This document shows, piece after piece, positions 12,388-23,114 of a stretch of DNA of 64,000 nt (the first letter of the stretch is position 1; each line of letters opens with the position of its first letter). Both the position numbers and the translations under genes were made by a program. Source of the stretch: Rhizodiscina lignyota (lineage: Eukaryota); contig ML978121.1 in the NCBI GenBank assembly GCA_010015805.1, positions 372,001 to 436,000 of the forward strand. The letters run 5' to 3'. The notes below the pieces were generated by a model that saw only the letters and a list, made by a program, of their open reading frames with translations, had not been told where the DNA came from and did not search any database.

Positions 12388-12989
12388 GTTTCTAGATCAA
12401 CTCAGCTTTGAAAGGGGGATATTCGAGGATATTCATCTGAGAAACTAGTGATGACACGAATTGGCCATTATCTGCTGACGGACATTCACTTGTGGGGTAT
12501 CTTTCGGTTCTCTGGTTGTTTTACTACCCCGTTGCCAGCATTGGTATCCGCTCCTTCTACTTTCATGGTGTCCCCTGCTCAAAGTATGGCGAGATACTAA
12601 TGGTTCTCTTCCTGGTTGTGCTTAACAGGATTTGCTATGAATGGTTTCCTTTGTTCAACTTCATGAACTACATTTTTCCATTCGTTTGCTCTGATTAGTG
12701 TACGGCTAGTTACACGAAAGATAGTGGACTCACGTCCTAATGGGGTCATGAAATAAACATGTATGAGGAAATTTAGTACTCCGCGCACTCTCGCGAAAGT
12801 TGCTAAGTAAAATCGTGAATGTGATGGAATGTTAAGAGTTATATGCTCGTGGGCTACAGCTTCCCTATGACCGTAACGAGTTTGTGAATTCTATATTTAC
12901 AGTAGAAGAAAAATATTCCTAGCCGAAACAACTGGACTTGATTCAATGAGGGTCTTTTCAAGCCACACGCGATCAGCCCTACGGCGACG

Positions 12990-13058
12990 GCCAATGACGT
13001 GAGGCATCCCACTTGCCAGAAAGCTTCCCAAAAATTAATTTTCGAAGGCAGAAAATTC
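12990..13058 (+). promoter_or_regulatory. Putative SQT1 promoter elements: overlapping CCAAT and TGACGT (CRE-like) motifs, plus AAAATT (RRPE-like) tracts
   Basis: GCCAATGACGTGAG at 12990-13003 (also present at 11011-11024), followed by AAAAATTAATTTT and GAAAATTCA, 140-200 bp upstream of a ribosome-biogenesis gene. Confidence 0.4.
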
Positions 13059-13193
13059 ATACACCACACAATCGCTTTCTGAACCTGCATCCTCTCTCCG
13101 AACCTCGAATTCTTTACACGACACATAGTTTAACCGACAGTTGACCTCGTCGTTGGGCTGAAGTGTCCGTACCACTGCGATCCCTCCACCACC

Positions 13194-14762
13194 ATGTCGA
13201 CGCACAACCCCCACAACACCGATCCTCAAGATGACGACCCTGAAGATGATGGCGACGCGATGCTCGATCCCGATGAAGCAGGCGAAGAAATCGAAAATGA
13301 TGGCGATGTAGCTATGGACTCGGATGACGAAGGCGACCCCAATGCACCCCTCGAAGAAATACAACTCCAGAACGACTCCGTCGCGCACTTCGACAAGCAC
13401 ACCGACAGCATATTCTGCATATCACAACATCCTGTGCACACAAATATCGTTGTTACGGGCGGAGGAGATGACGTCGCATATATCTGGGATAGCAGTTCAG
13501 GGCGACAAGAGAGGCCCGTTCTACCAACGAGCTATGAAAGTTCGCCAGCAGGAGGTGTGAAGGAGAGAGCAGGAATTGAGGCGACGCAGAAGCTGGACGG
13601 GCATACGGATAGCGTAAATGGTGTGGCGTTTATGTTTCCCAAGGGAGAATACGTGGTCACAGCAGGATTGGACGGCAGGTTAAGAGCATGGCGCGACGCT
13701 GCTGGAACAGGGCAGAAATGGGAGTTTGTGGCAGACGCACAGGAAGTCGAGGAGATCAACTGGATATCTGCGTGTCCAAGTCCTGCGCACCCGAACACAA
13801 TTGCGCTGGGTGCTAATGACGGGAGTGTGTGGATATACACGATCGACGCTTCGAACGCGCCAAACCCGCTCACGATCACACAAGCGTTCTACTTACACAC
13901 CGCAGCGTGTACTGCAGGTACATGGTCACCGGATGGCTCACTACTGGCTACGGTAGCGGAGGACAGCAGCTTCTACGTCTGGGACGCGTTCGGTGATGCT
14001 GCAGAGGCAGGACTAACAAGCGCAGGTCAAGGAGGTGGACAGACGGTTGTGGGATTGACGGAGGTGGACGAGCGGTTCAGAGTCGATGGCGGTCTATACA
14101 GCGTCGCTGTATCCCCGAACAGTTCCTTTGCGGCAGTAGGTGGGGCAGACGGCAATATCAGGATCGTTGGACTACCAAGATTAGGAGCTGCGGCGAGTTC
14201 ACAGGGAGCCGCAGGGCAAAGAGGAGGCGGCGCGAAGAATAAGGCAGCTGGTGGGAAGCAAGCTGGTGCTAAGGGATCTGCAGCCGCAGGTCAAGCAGGC
14301 CAGATACTGGCGAGCCTGCAAACGCAGGGTGAAAGCATCGAGTCGATATCATTTGCGCAGGCAGCAAATCTCACGCTTATGGCAACTGCGAGTGTGGATG
14401 GGAGCATTGCGTTGTTCGACTGGTCGCATAACTTTGCAGTGCGGCGGCATATCAAGGAAGCACACGAAGGGGAGGCTGTTATCAAAGTGGAGTTTGCACC
14501 TGCGGCCTCAATACCCGTGAATGCAGCGACAGCAGGAAGCGGAAGAGGTCCATGGCTATTAACGAGCTGTGGAAATGATGGCGTTGTAAGAGTATGGGAT
14601 ACAAGAGGCGGCACAGCAGCGGCTGGACAAGGGTTCCTGAGGCAGTGGCAAGGTCACAGAGGAGGAGGTGAAGGAGGCGGAGTGTTGGGATTCGTACAAG
14701 ATGGGAGTGGAAGAGTTGTGACAGCAGGTGACGATGGAATTGGTCTCGTTTTCGAGCCATAA
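13194..14762 (+). CDS. SQT1: WD40 60S ribosome assembly chaperone Sqt1/AAMP
   Basis: Intronless 522 aa. Acidic N-terminus, then LQNDSVAHFDKHTDSIF, VVTGGGDD, LDGHTDSVN and multiple WD repeats ending VVTAGDDG..LVFE. Confidence 0.88.
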   Translation: MSTHNPHNTDPQDDDPEDDGDAMLDPDEAGEEIENDGDVAMDSDDEGDPNAPLEEIQLQNDSVAHFDKHTDSIFCISQHPVHTNIVVTGGGDDVAYIWDSSSGRQERPVLPTSYESSPAGGVKERAGIEATQKLDGHTDSVNGVAFMFPKGEYVVTAGLDGRLRAWRDAAGTGQKWEFVADAQEVEEINWISACPSPAHPNTIALGANDGSVWIYTIDASNAPNPLTITQAFYLHTAACTAGTWSPDGSLLATVAEDSSFYVWDAFGDAAEAGLTSAGQGGGQTVVGLTEVDERFRVDGGLYSVAVSPNSSFAAVGGADGNIRIVGLPRLGAAASSQGAAGQRGGGAKNKAAGGKQAGAKGSAAAGQAGQILASLQTQGESIESISFAQAANLTLMATASVDGSIALFDWSHNFAVRRHIKEAHEGEAVIKVEFAPAASIPVNAATAGSGRGPWLLTSCGNDGVVRVWDTRGGTAAAGQGFLRQWQGHRGGGEGGGVLGFVQDGSGRVVTAGDDGIGLVFEP

Positions 14763-14823
14763 GCTGTAGTCATGATTTTCTGATCAAGCAAAGCTCATCT
14801 ACTGGATGACTTCAAGTTACTCT

Positions 14824-17394
14824 TCACTGTGTAACCGTGTCGAATGTGATTTTGTAGACACTCCTCCCCTTGTCGTCCGTCTTCACATGCTCCACGCCTC
14901 TTTCAGCAGCATCTAGATGGACGAGGGTCCTATCGTCACGCGAGGGCAAAATGATATGTAGCTCCTTCCACAGCGGTTTCCACTTCTTAATGTGTGCCCC
15001 AAAAGCGACACCCACCACTCCCTCTGCAATGCATGCGTAACGGATCGTGAATTCTGCAATGTCCGGCTCTGCAGATATTCCGTCGTCCTCATACCAAGTC
15101 GCACTGTACTCTCTGCTCGTTCTGCTCATCGGCGGGAATATCTCCACTCCTCGATAGTCGTCTGCGGGCAAGTTCGCTGGATTCTCGGGCTCTCCTGTTG
15201 AGAGAACTTGCACGTCTTTGCCGACTGGTATCGCGCCTCCACACTTCGCAATAGTGGGAATAGAGTCTTTCCATTTCGATTCAACAGTGGTCCACTGCCC
15301 GGCCTTAATGTGCTGGTATGGCGAGTTGAGGTTCAAATATCCGGGATCATCTTCGCCCTTCTTTGGCAGATATAGTCTTGTCGAATCAATGTTTTCTTCA
15401 TAGACTCCGCCAATCATGAGTGTGTCTCCGAACCAGAATTGTGTCTCGCCACTCTTCAAGCCTTCCGACCATACCTCAGGATCACTCTCGTAGCCCCAGC
15501 CCACCCATCGTTGCGGTGGCTCGGCATACAGGTGGCTTCGGAGTGCAAGGTTGTAGGTGTAAGGAATTATCTCATATCTTCTCTTAACAGCCTTCTTGAC
15601 CAGTGGTGTGATCTCCGGGTACATCCATGGTTCAATCACATCGCCCACTTTGTTGTCCTCATTGCTCGTCTTGAAGCAGTTGATCGCAAACCGGCTGGTG
15701 TGGCATGCTGTCTGTATCCACCTCAGCAAAAGCGCGGGGCTCGGTTGTGGTCCCTCGAATCCTCCAGTATCGTGACCATAACACTGCAGTAATGACATAC
15801 CGGCATTGAGCGCAAGAGCGTTGCCGCCCTTGAACGATGCCCAAGATGTTACGTTGTCGCCGCTCCAGGAAGATGCACAGTATCGCATTGTGCCAGCCGT
15901 TGCGCTACGTGTGAGAACAAAGGGTCGGCGGTTCGGATCCAGGTCCGTGAGGGCATCGTATGATGATTTGCCCATGAGCTCCGTATGCAGCGCTCGACCC
16001 CAGAGGCCGACCTTGTTGCTGTCGATACCCTGCTTGAGCAAGGCAATTTTGTTGCTCTGGATGGAGGGCTCATCCAAAGCACATTGCCAGTCATCGTTCG
16101 GGATGGTGTATTCGTTGTTGTCGTTCCAGGGCACATCTATTCCCAGCTGGGCGAGACTTTGTATACCGTCATACCACCATTTGAATCCGGCAGAGCTCGT
16201 AAAGTCGATGTGGCCTCCCTCGCCGCTTTCACCGCCGCCCGCACTCCAGAGTCGGGTCACGGCCGTTGATTTGGTCCGTGGATCGGTGAAGAATGCGTTG
16301 GCAGCAGCCAGCTTCTTGTACTCTGGATGATTGGCCAGCACGTATGGCTTTACATTTGCGATAAGCCGAATCCCGTGAGCATGGTAGGCATCAACGAAGG
16401 CCTTCGGATCGGGGAAGCGATGGTGATTCCAGGTAAACACGTTGCGTGTTTTTGGCTCAGTTTCGGCGACAGTATAGCCAGACGACATCTGAAATCCTGA
16501 ACACGGAATATCATATTCTTTCAACTTGCCTGCAAATTCCAGTAACGCTTTGTGTGCTGGCGGCTCATCCAGCATGGAGTATTTCATCCCTCCGGCGATA
16601 TAGCCAAAGGCCCAGCGTGGGACCAACCGGGGGTATCCGACCAGATCTGCGTAGGATCTGACAACATCTTGGATTGTCTTGCCGACAATGAAATATTGCT
16701 CCAGACCGCCATGATCCTGACGGTAGACTTTGTAGTGGCCCCACAATCCATCCATTTCCGAGCCAATTGAGTAGAAACCGCGGCTGTGGGAGGTCGAGAA
16801 CATGGCAACACATCCTTCAGGTGTTGCGGTGATCAGAAAGGGAATCACTTTGTATAGCGGATCAGATTTGTAGGCATTGTATCCGAAGCAGTCGGTTGAA
16901 GAAATTCTGAAAGCTCTACCAGAGAGGTCCATGGGGGCTGCCTTCTCGCCCAATCCAACGTGGAGTGCAGTTCTATTATACGCTGTATAGTGAGCAACTC
17001 CATCGCCGTCGACTGTGTATGAGCGGAACGGCAAGTCTTGATGGATTGGAGTATTCGAGCCATTGAGGGAAAGTGAGACAATTGGAGTATGGGTCCATTC
17101 AACTTGAGCAACGACATTTGCTGTCTTGAATGTCTGCTTTGGTCCTGGAACTACATTGCCATAGTCAAGAGTTGGTGCTGATTGTGGCTTTAGTTTCGAA
17201 GCACTTGGATGAGGTGGCAGTGGGTGGTCTTTGGTGGTAAAGGTCGCACGAAAGATGTTGTCTTCAATGACCTGAAAATTGAAAGTGCACTGGGAACCAT
17301 TTTCGGTGCTGCTTAATGACAGTGACCCAGAACTGAAATTTGAAGTTTTGTCATCAAGTTCCCAAGATTTCGGGACGAATTCATGCTGAGGCAT
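14824..17394 (-). CDS. Glycoside hydrolase family 31 (alpha-glucosidase-like, WNDNNE type), no signal peptide
   Basis: 856 aa, intronless. Motifs GLGEK, DPLYKVIPF, PRWAFGY, FPDPKAF, nucleophile motif PWNDNNE, RPFVLTRS, WSGDN and GHDTGGF. Confidence 0.92.
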   Translation of the reverse strand: MPQHEFVPKSWELDDKTSNFSSGSLSLSSTENGSQCTFNFQVIEDNIFRATFTTKDHPLPPHPSASKLKPQSAPTLDYGNVVPGPKQTFKTANVVAQVEWTHTPIVSLSLNGSNTPIHQDLPFRSYTVDGDGVAHYTAYNRTALHVGLGEKAAPMDLSGRAFRISSTDCFGYNAYKSDPLYKVIPFLITATPEGCVAMFSTSHSRGFYSIGSEMDGLWGHYKVYRQDHGGLEQYFIVGKTIQDVVRSYADLVGYPRLVPRWAFGYIAGGMKYSMLDEPPAHKALLEFAGKLKEYDIPCSGFQMSSGYTVAETEPKTRNVFTWNHHRFPDPKAFVDAYHAHGIRLIANVKPYVLANHPEYKKLAAANAFFTDPRTKSTAVTRLWSAGGGESGEGGHIDFTSSAGFKWWYDGIQSLAQLGIDVPWNDNNEYTIPNDDWQCALDEPSIQSNKIALLKQGIDSNKVGLWGRALHTELMGKSSYDALTDLDPNRRPFVLTRSATAGTMRYCASSWSGDNVTSWASFKGGNALALNAGMSLLQCYGHDTGGFEGPQPSPALLLRWIQTACHTSRFAINCFKTSNEDNKVGDVIEPWMYPEITPLVKKAVKRRYEIIPYTYNLALRSHLYAEPPQRWVGWGYESDPEVWSEGLKSGETQFWFGDTLMIGGVYEENIDSTRLYLPKKGEDDPGYLNLNSPYQHIKAGQWTTVESKWKDSIPTIAKCGGAIPVGKDVQVLSTGEPENPANLPADDYRGVEIFPPMSRTSREYSATWYEDDGISAEPDIAEFTIRYACIAEGVVGVAFGAHIKKWKPLWKELHIILPSRDDRTLVHLDAAERGVEHVKTDDKGRSVYKITFDTVTQ

Positions 17395-19173
17395 GATGAG
17401 CGCTCAATGAGAGAGGTTTTAAGATGATACGAGAAAGGACTGTACGCTAAAACCTGATTGAAGAGATCGACTCTGGGAAGCAGTCACGAACATGAAAGGA
17501 AGGTACAACCTCGAAACTGAGGGGTTCGAGAGTTCGGGTTGTGGCTCGAAGACTGTGGCTGACCACTCCACGCAACACGTGGCATGCGTTCGTAACGCGC
17601 CCTAGCCGTGAACTCCTCTCTTCTGCCTTTTCCTCTTGATGCAAATGCTAAAGAGTAATTATTTGTTTAACATAAGACAGGAAACAAACATTTCCAATCC
17701 GAGCTATTTGAGAGCTAGATCCCACTCCGGTCCGAACAGCCTAGGTACAATAACACGACGGCCTACCCTCCGCCTACCCCTATTTTTCATTTCCCTTTAA
17801 GACGCCTTAGATCATGGCGTTTATAACATTAGTTGTGGGCCCTGATCTATCAATTGCCATTGGATCTTTGCAACGATTTGATGGCTTGCGGCTCTTTGCT
17901 GCCCTTTACGTATCGTATATCAAATTTAGAGCTGGTTCGATATTCTCGAGGAATAGTAACTAATCCAACGAAACGGTATGCTTCCGAGGATACAATCCTC
18001 AAACCGAGACCTCACATGACAAAGTGATCCATGATTCCAATCCCCTCATTCAACAAGCAGTTCTTTCTTCATAGCATTAAAAGGCAGCCTGTAATGTTCT
18101 GCTTCAGGTTCATTTCTCCGTTGTAACATGATTGATGAGGAGAAGGTTAGACCTCACGGTCACTCCGAATGGCAGTTTTTAAATTCGACTGGAGCATACC
18201 ATGCAGCAATTGGGACTACGACTATATATTGCGTTAGCATGGATTGGATAGCAGGTTGGTTTCCATTTCTTATATAAACCTTGCTCTTCACGAGCATCAA
18301 ACCTCTACCGTCTGTTTGTCTATCATGATTTCTTTTTCTACTCTGACAAGTATTTTAAAAGCGAAGAGACGGGAAGATGTCCCATTGTATGTACACTTCT
18401 ACTTTTTGAGTACTCATTACGATACATGATAATGGCCAGAAGCGAGAGCACGAGAAGAAATGGACAGAGTTGTGATTGCAACCAGGGGCAAGAGTTTCTT
18501 GAGCCCAGTGGACAGGCCGAGGTTTGACGTCTGATATTGCTAACAGAAAGACGTTCAAGGACGCAAGGCGTTAAGCAGGCCGGTGGTGCTTAGACAGATA
18601 AGGGACAGTGGACTGACTGAGATGAGATGCGTCCTGATAAGGAATTTGGGAAGGAGGCGTAACTGGGCGTGAGACATTCCTGTGAGTTGCATCTGATTTC
18701 ATTGGCGTTTGGTCGTGGAGGCCATCCCCAGGCCAATATATACTTGAATTGGAAGCCGGGTGCCTGCAAGACAAGGTGCTTACTCTACATATGTAATTCT
18801 AGGCGGGCCTTTCAATTGTATATCAATTGTACTTCTTTCCTTGGTGCAACAATAGTGGAATAGAAGATGAGACGTCATTCCGGCGTTGGGCATCATCCCG
18901 CACCCAAGTTTGGTGGTTCTCCCTGCCGTTCGCTGGGGGCGGCTGCCCCTAGATTCTGGGTGGCAGGGGTGCGGGGCACATTAGCGCGCCAAGGCAGCAG
19001 TCTCACTGCTTAAGATGTAGCTTCTCTCTTCACTCGTCAACTTTCCTCAAACCACCTCAGTCGCGTTGCGCATCGCCCTTCGCACATTACCCACAGATTC
19101 GAACCTCAAATCATCTCTGAAGAGCTTCTCGCCCCCTCACTTCGTACCGATCAGCCTCTTGCGCATATCCAGC

Positions 19174-20665
19174 ATGGATCGCAGCCTGGACGACGTGATT
19201 TCGGAGCGACAGGTATGAGTAAAGTCTTCGAGCACTTTCGGATACTTACCTCTCACCATAGCGCGAGAATTATCGTGGAGGACGCGGCCGCCGTCAGTAC
19301 AATGGCCCACGCGATGGCATCAAAAAGGTAATTGAGCGCGGCACCATTACCATAGAACGAAAGCATTTCAATACTAATTAGTGGACTTGGAAACGCCAGG
19401 TTGATACTCCTCCCTCCTCGTTCGATCGTTGAGTTGCTCCGAAGCAGCACGCAGCAGTCGCATTCGTCCTCATCCCACATTCGAGTCGATGCGACTATCG
19501 TGTTTGACCGGCCGATGCTTGCTACTCAGATATGGTATTCCACTAGACCCTAGCTAACCTAACCTCTTCCTCTCTCCGATAATAGATCCAACAAGACTAC
19601 CAAAGGAACATTGACCAGTAAGATTAGAAAAAGCACTGCCGTTTGCTGATGCCCACTAACTTGCGCTAGCGACTGGGTCCATGACCGCTTCGACGAAGAC
19701 TCTGAGCGCAATGGTAACGACCACCGACTGTCAATATCATCGTGCCTTACTTACCAAGTGTAGATCGACGTCCTCCTCGCCCATACCGCGCACCTCGCAA
19801 CGAACGCCGTTCTCCAGAAGCTAACCTGTAAATATCGGCGTCTCCATACTGTTAGCAGTCATGCTGACACGTAGAAGGCAAGCCGGTGCCAAAATTCGAG
19901 TCGATAACTTGCACTACGATCTGACCGAAGACGATCTGCACGTATGTGACCTCACTAGCGCTCTTGGCTTCACCAGCTGATAATCTAAAGGAACTCTTCA
20001 CTCGCATTGGCCCCATCTCATCCATCCAACTCCTCTACGACCGACAAGACCGCTCCCGCGGCATCGCCTTCGTGACCTACGTCAATGTCCGCGACGCAGA
20101 AGACGCAATCGACCAATTCGACGGTGCAAACGCCAAGGGCCAGCCGATCAAATTGCAGTTAGTCGCGAAGCGCAACCCGTTCGACCACGTTGAACGCCCT
20201 GGCCGTAGCCTCTTCGATCGTATCGAGCGTCGCCGTAGCGCGAGTCCTGGTGATGAGGACAAGGGCCTGAGGATTAGAGGTGGTGGTCGAGGTGCCCGTG
20301 ATGGTGGAATGCGCCACTCGGATGTGTCTAAGCCTGCGCCAGAGCATATCGATCGCTACATTCCCGGACAGGAAGATAGGCGCCGCTCTCCACAGCGCAG
20401 GAACCGCGAAAGCTATAGGGGAAGGGGACATGGACAGAGGCGCGAGGGTGACAGGGGTGGCAGGGGAAGAAGGGATGGGGACGGTCATGCCATGGTTCAG
20501 GGCCGACCAAGAAAGACGCAGGAGGAACTGGACGCCGAGATGGACGATTACTTCGGTGGTGCAAGCGCTCCGAATGGAGGAGATGGCACGAACGAGTATC
20601 CTGCGGCCAACGGCAACGGCACTGCACCAGCACATTTGGACGGGGATATCGACATGATCGAGTGA
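19174..20665 (+). CDS. Yra1/ALY(REF)-family RRM mRNA export adaptor, multi-exon
   Basis: N-terminal box MDRSLDDVI (exon 19174-19212), an RGG exon 19262-19327, small exons giving IQQDYQRNIDHDWVHDRF, an RRM (IRVDNLHYDLTEDDL|ELF...SRGIAFVTY...FDGANAKGQPI) and C-terminal box KTQEELDAEMDDYF. Confidence 0.88.
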
Positions 20666-21148
20666 AAGCGTGGCTCCACTCAATTCGAAACACATCAACC
20701 ATACGCATTCGGCAATGCAATGTCGTGGCCCCATCACAGATGGATTATCAGACTGGGAAGCATGAACGATGGTGTGGTTTCTCTTGATGAGGGACCAATG
20801 TCAGATACAATCATGGGAATGGCGTTTCGCACTCAGGACGGTGTCACAGTACCTGGCAGGAAACGGAATCAGTGAACAAGAATGTAACAATTACAGAAAT
20901 CGAACTCATGGTATCATGCTCGTGTATAACAGTCCCAGAAATTCGCTCTTTTCGAAGCACCGTGACAGCATCTATGTCCCGACCGCGCACAAGTCAACTA
21001 TGCCAAACGCAGCGGAACGCCAGAGTCATATTCCCATACATTTGCTCTCCCATGCAGCGCCTAAGCAAACCAACCTTTTGCGCCTGTAAATGCTGTGGGT
21101 CTATCTTCAACGCCATTTCCTTCCATTTCACCAGGCGTGTCTCCGCCC

Positions 21149-22431
21149 TCAGCGATCCTTCCAAAGACCATAGCTCCCCCCAGCGTTATTCCACAACTTG
21201 ATCGTCCCGTCCTCACTCCCTGTCGCATACAACTTGCCATCCGGGCTGAACGCCACGCTCCAAATCGGCCCGTGATGTCCCTTGCCCATCTCCAGCTCCT
21301 GCTCCGTGTCGTAGTCCCACACTCGCATGTATGTGTCGCCCGCGCCGCCAGTCACGAAGCGCCGCTGGCCAGAGTGCACCGCCACTGACGCAATCTCGTA
21401 CGGCGTCTTGACCTGCTTGAGCAGCGTTGCGGGAGACGCGCCGTCGAAGAAGTACACCGATTTACCGGCCGCGACGCTCAGCGTTCCCACGCCAGGCGTG
21501 CCGATCGAAGTATTATGCGGCGTGGTGCCGTTCTGTAGATCCCCATTGTCGAGCGTCGCCGCGCCAGACGAGAGAGCAGGCAGGTCGAGGTTCAGCTCAC
21601 ACGTCCCGACTGTGCCCTCGACCACATACTCCCCAATGGGACTGCGCGTGCGCAGGTCCCACCACCGCACCTTCTTGTCGTCGGCCGCTGTGATCAGGAT
21701 GTTCAGGTCGGTGGCCCAGACGATGCTCTTGATGGTGCCTTCGTGCACGCCAGGGCCAATTTCGAAGGACGGAGGGGTGGGTTTGGCTGCTTCGGTGGAG
21801 TTTGTGGGGGAGAGGCCTGGCGAGGATGTTGCGCCGGACGATTGCGAGAGGTCGAAGATGCGCAGCTTCTTCTCCATCCCGCCTGTCGCGAGGATCTGGG
21901 GGCGCGGCTGGTTGGGGAAGGCTACGGCGCGGACGATGTGCGCGTGTGGGAGGGTGTGGAGGGCTTCGCCGGTGAAGGTATCCCAAACATGGCTATGATC
22001 CTGTTAGTATAGAGCTAGAGTTGATGAGGCCTAGAATGTGTGAGACGTACGCTGAGAAGTCGGCTGAGCCAGTCGCCGCCAATGTCGCATCTGAGGATAG
22101 ACGGGCCTGCCAGACAGCGCCCTTGTGTCCCAGAAACGTGCCTATCCAATCTCCATTGACGCCATTCCTAAGCATAGGGTTGTTGTCTATCCGGTCCATC
22201 AGCAAACGCCTCAGCATGTCCATCCACGCCAAACGCACCTTTGCATGCAGAGACCAAGTAGTATGCGTCATCGTCGACTATCGAGGAGAAGTGGATGTGC
22301 GTAACGGGACGGGAGTGGCCATGGCAGGTTAAAGGAACCCACTTTGGTGCGTCTAGAGAGTTGAAAGTCTATTAGCTTAAGATTCTCTTGAGCTGGACGG
22401 TTTGAGCGGCGCGACACTCACCTGGGGCCAT
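21149..22431 (-). CDS. STRAP/UNRIP-like WD40 protein (serine-threonine kinase receptor-associated protein)
   Basis: Spliced N-terminus [22 protein letters not shown], then [24 protein letters not shown] and [30 protein letters not shown]. Three short introns in the 5' part. Confidence 0.9.
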
Positions 22432-23114
22432 ATTGGCTAAGTGAACTTCGGTAAAGGAGAGATTCGCGATGGAGTAGTTATGGAAGGGACAGCAGAGTCA
22501 CAATGACTGAGAGACCAGAGCGCAGAATATTTGTGAGCCGTTCCTGAAGGAAGTGGGGAGTGTGGAGAGATGAAAGCGGTAAGTGGTCAAGTGGTGATTG
22601 TGGATCGGGCTTATTCAGAACATTCCAGAAGAAGGGATATCAAAGGCAAATAGAAAAGCATAAAGTCATTAGAAGATTTGCGAAGTGACGTGTGAGAGAA
22701 AGAAGTTTCAAGTGCAAACGAGCGAGGGGCAGGAGAAAGTGCAGGTGGTGGAGAACGCGCTTTGGACCCTGCATTTGCTTGGGCCCAAAAAATATAGAAG
22801 ACCCCTGAAAACGACGCTGAAGGCGAGTGACTTTTCTTCCAGCATCGTCATACGCACATTTGAAGGACAGTTTCAGCTGTGGTCGCGCCTCTTCTGGCAT
22901 CGATGCACGACCTGTTGAAGGCAGATTACAGAAATGGATAGAGCTCTTTTGCAAGGTCCACACAAATTTGACTATCGTCAATAGCAGTTTGTCGAAGCTC
23001 AATTGTCTTTTGAACCTGAACAATTACTCCTTTCACTATACGCCATAGTATTTTGTTCGCTTGTTCCGAATCATTTGGTGAGTTTCTAAGGACGGACTTC
23101 TACAAGCAGTCCTC

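Larger units (their letters stand above)
9330..13050 (+). repeat. Diverged ~2-kb tandem segmental duplication (copy A ~9330-11070, copy B ~11315-13050)
   Basis: Collinear matching blocks at an offset of about 1960-1990 bp: CTTTCCTT(G/A)CGGT ~9596/11548; TCACCTGG..CGGCCAA ~9742/11702; CAGTCCTTACTT 10026/11988; paralogous CDS 10229/12188; GGACTCACG.CCTAATGGG.TCA.GAAATA 10740/12726; ATCAGCCCTACG..GCCAATGACGTGAG..CCCACTTG ~10996/12972. Boundaries are approximate. Confidence 0.88.

Noticed and set aside
12137..12448. 103-aa ORF in the provided track
   Set aside because: It starts at a non-ATG codon and reads through the intron of microprotein B. The spliced model is supported by the paralog.
18270..18573. 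Possible small spliced gene (TATATAAA ~18271, ATG 18325, GTATGT 18387, GCTAACAG ~18539)
   Set aside because: The first branch site is weak, the product has no recognisable features and there is no paralog to support it. It needs RNA data.
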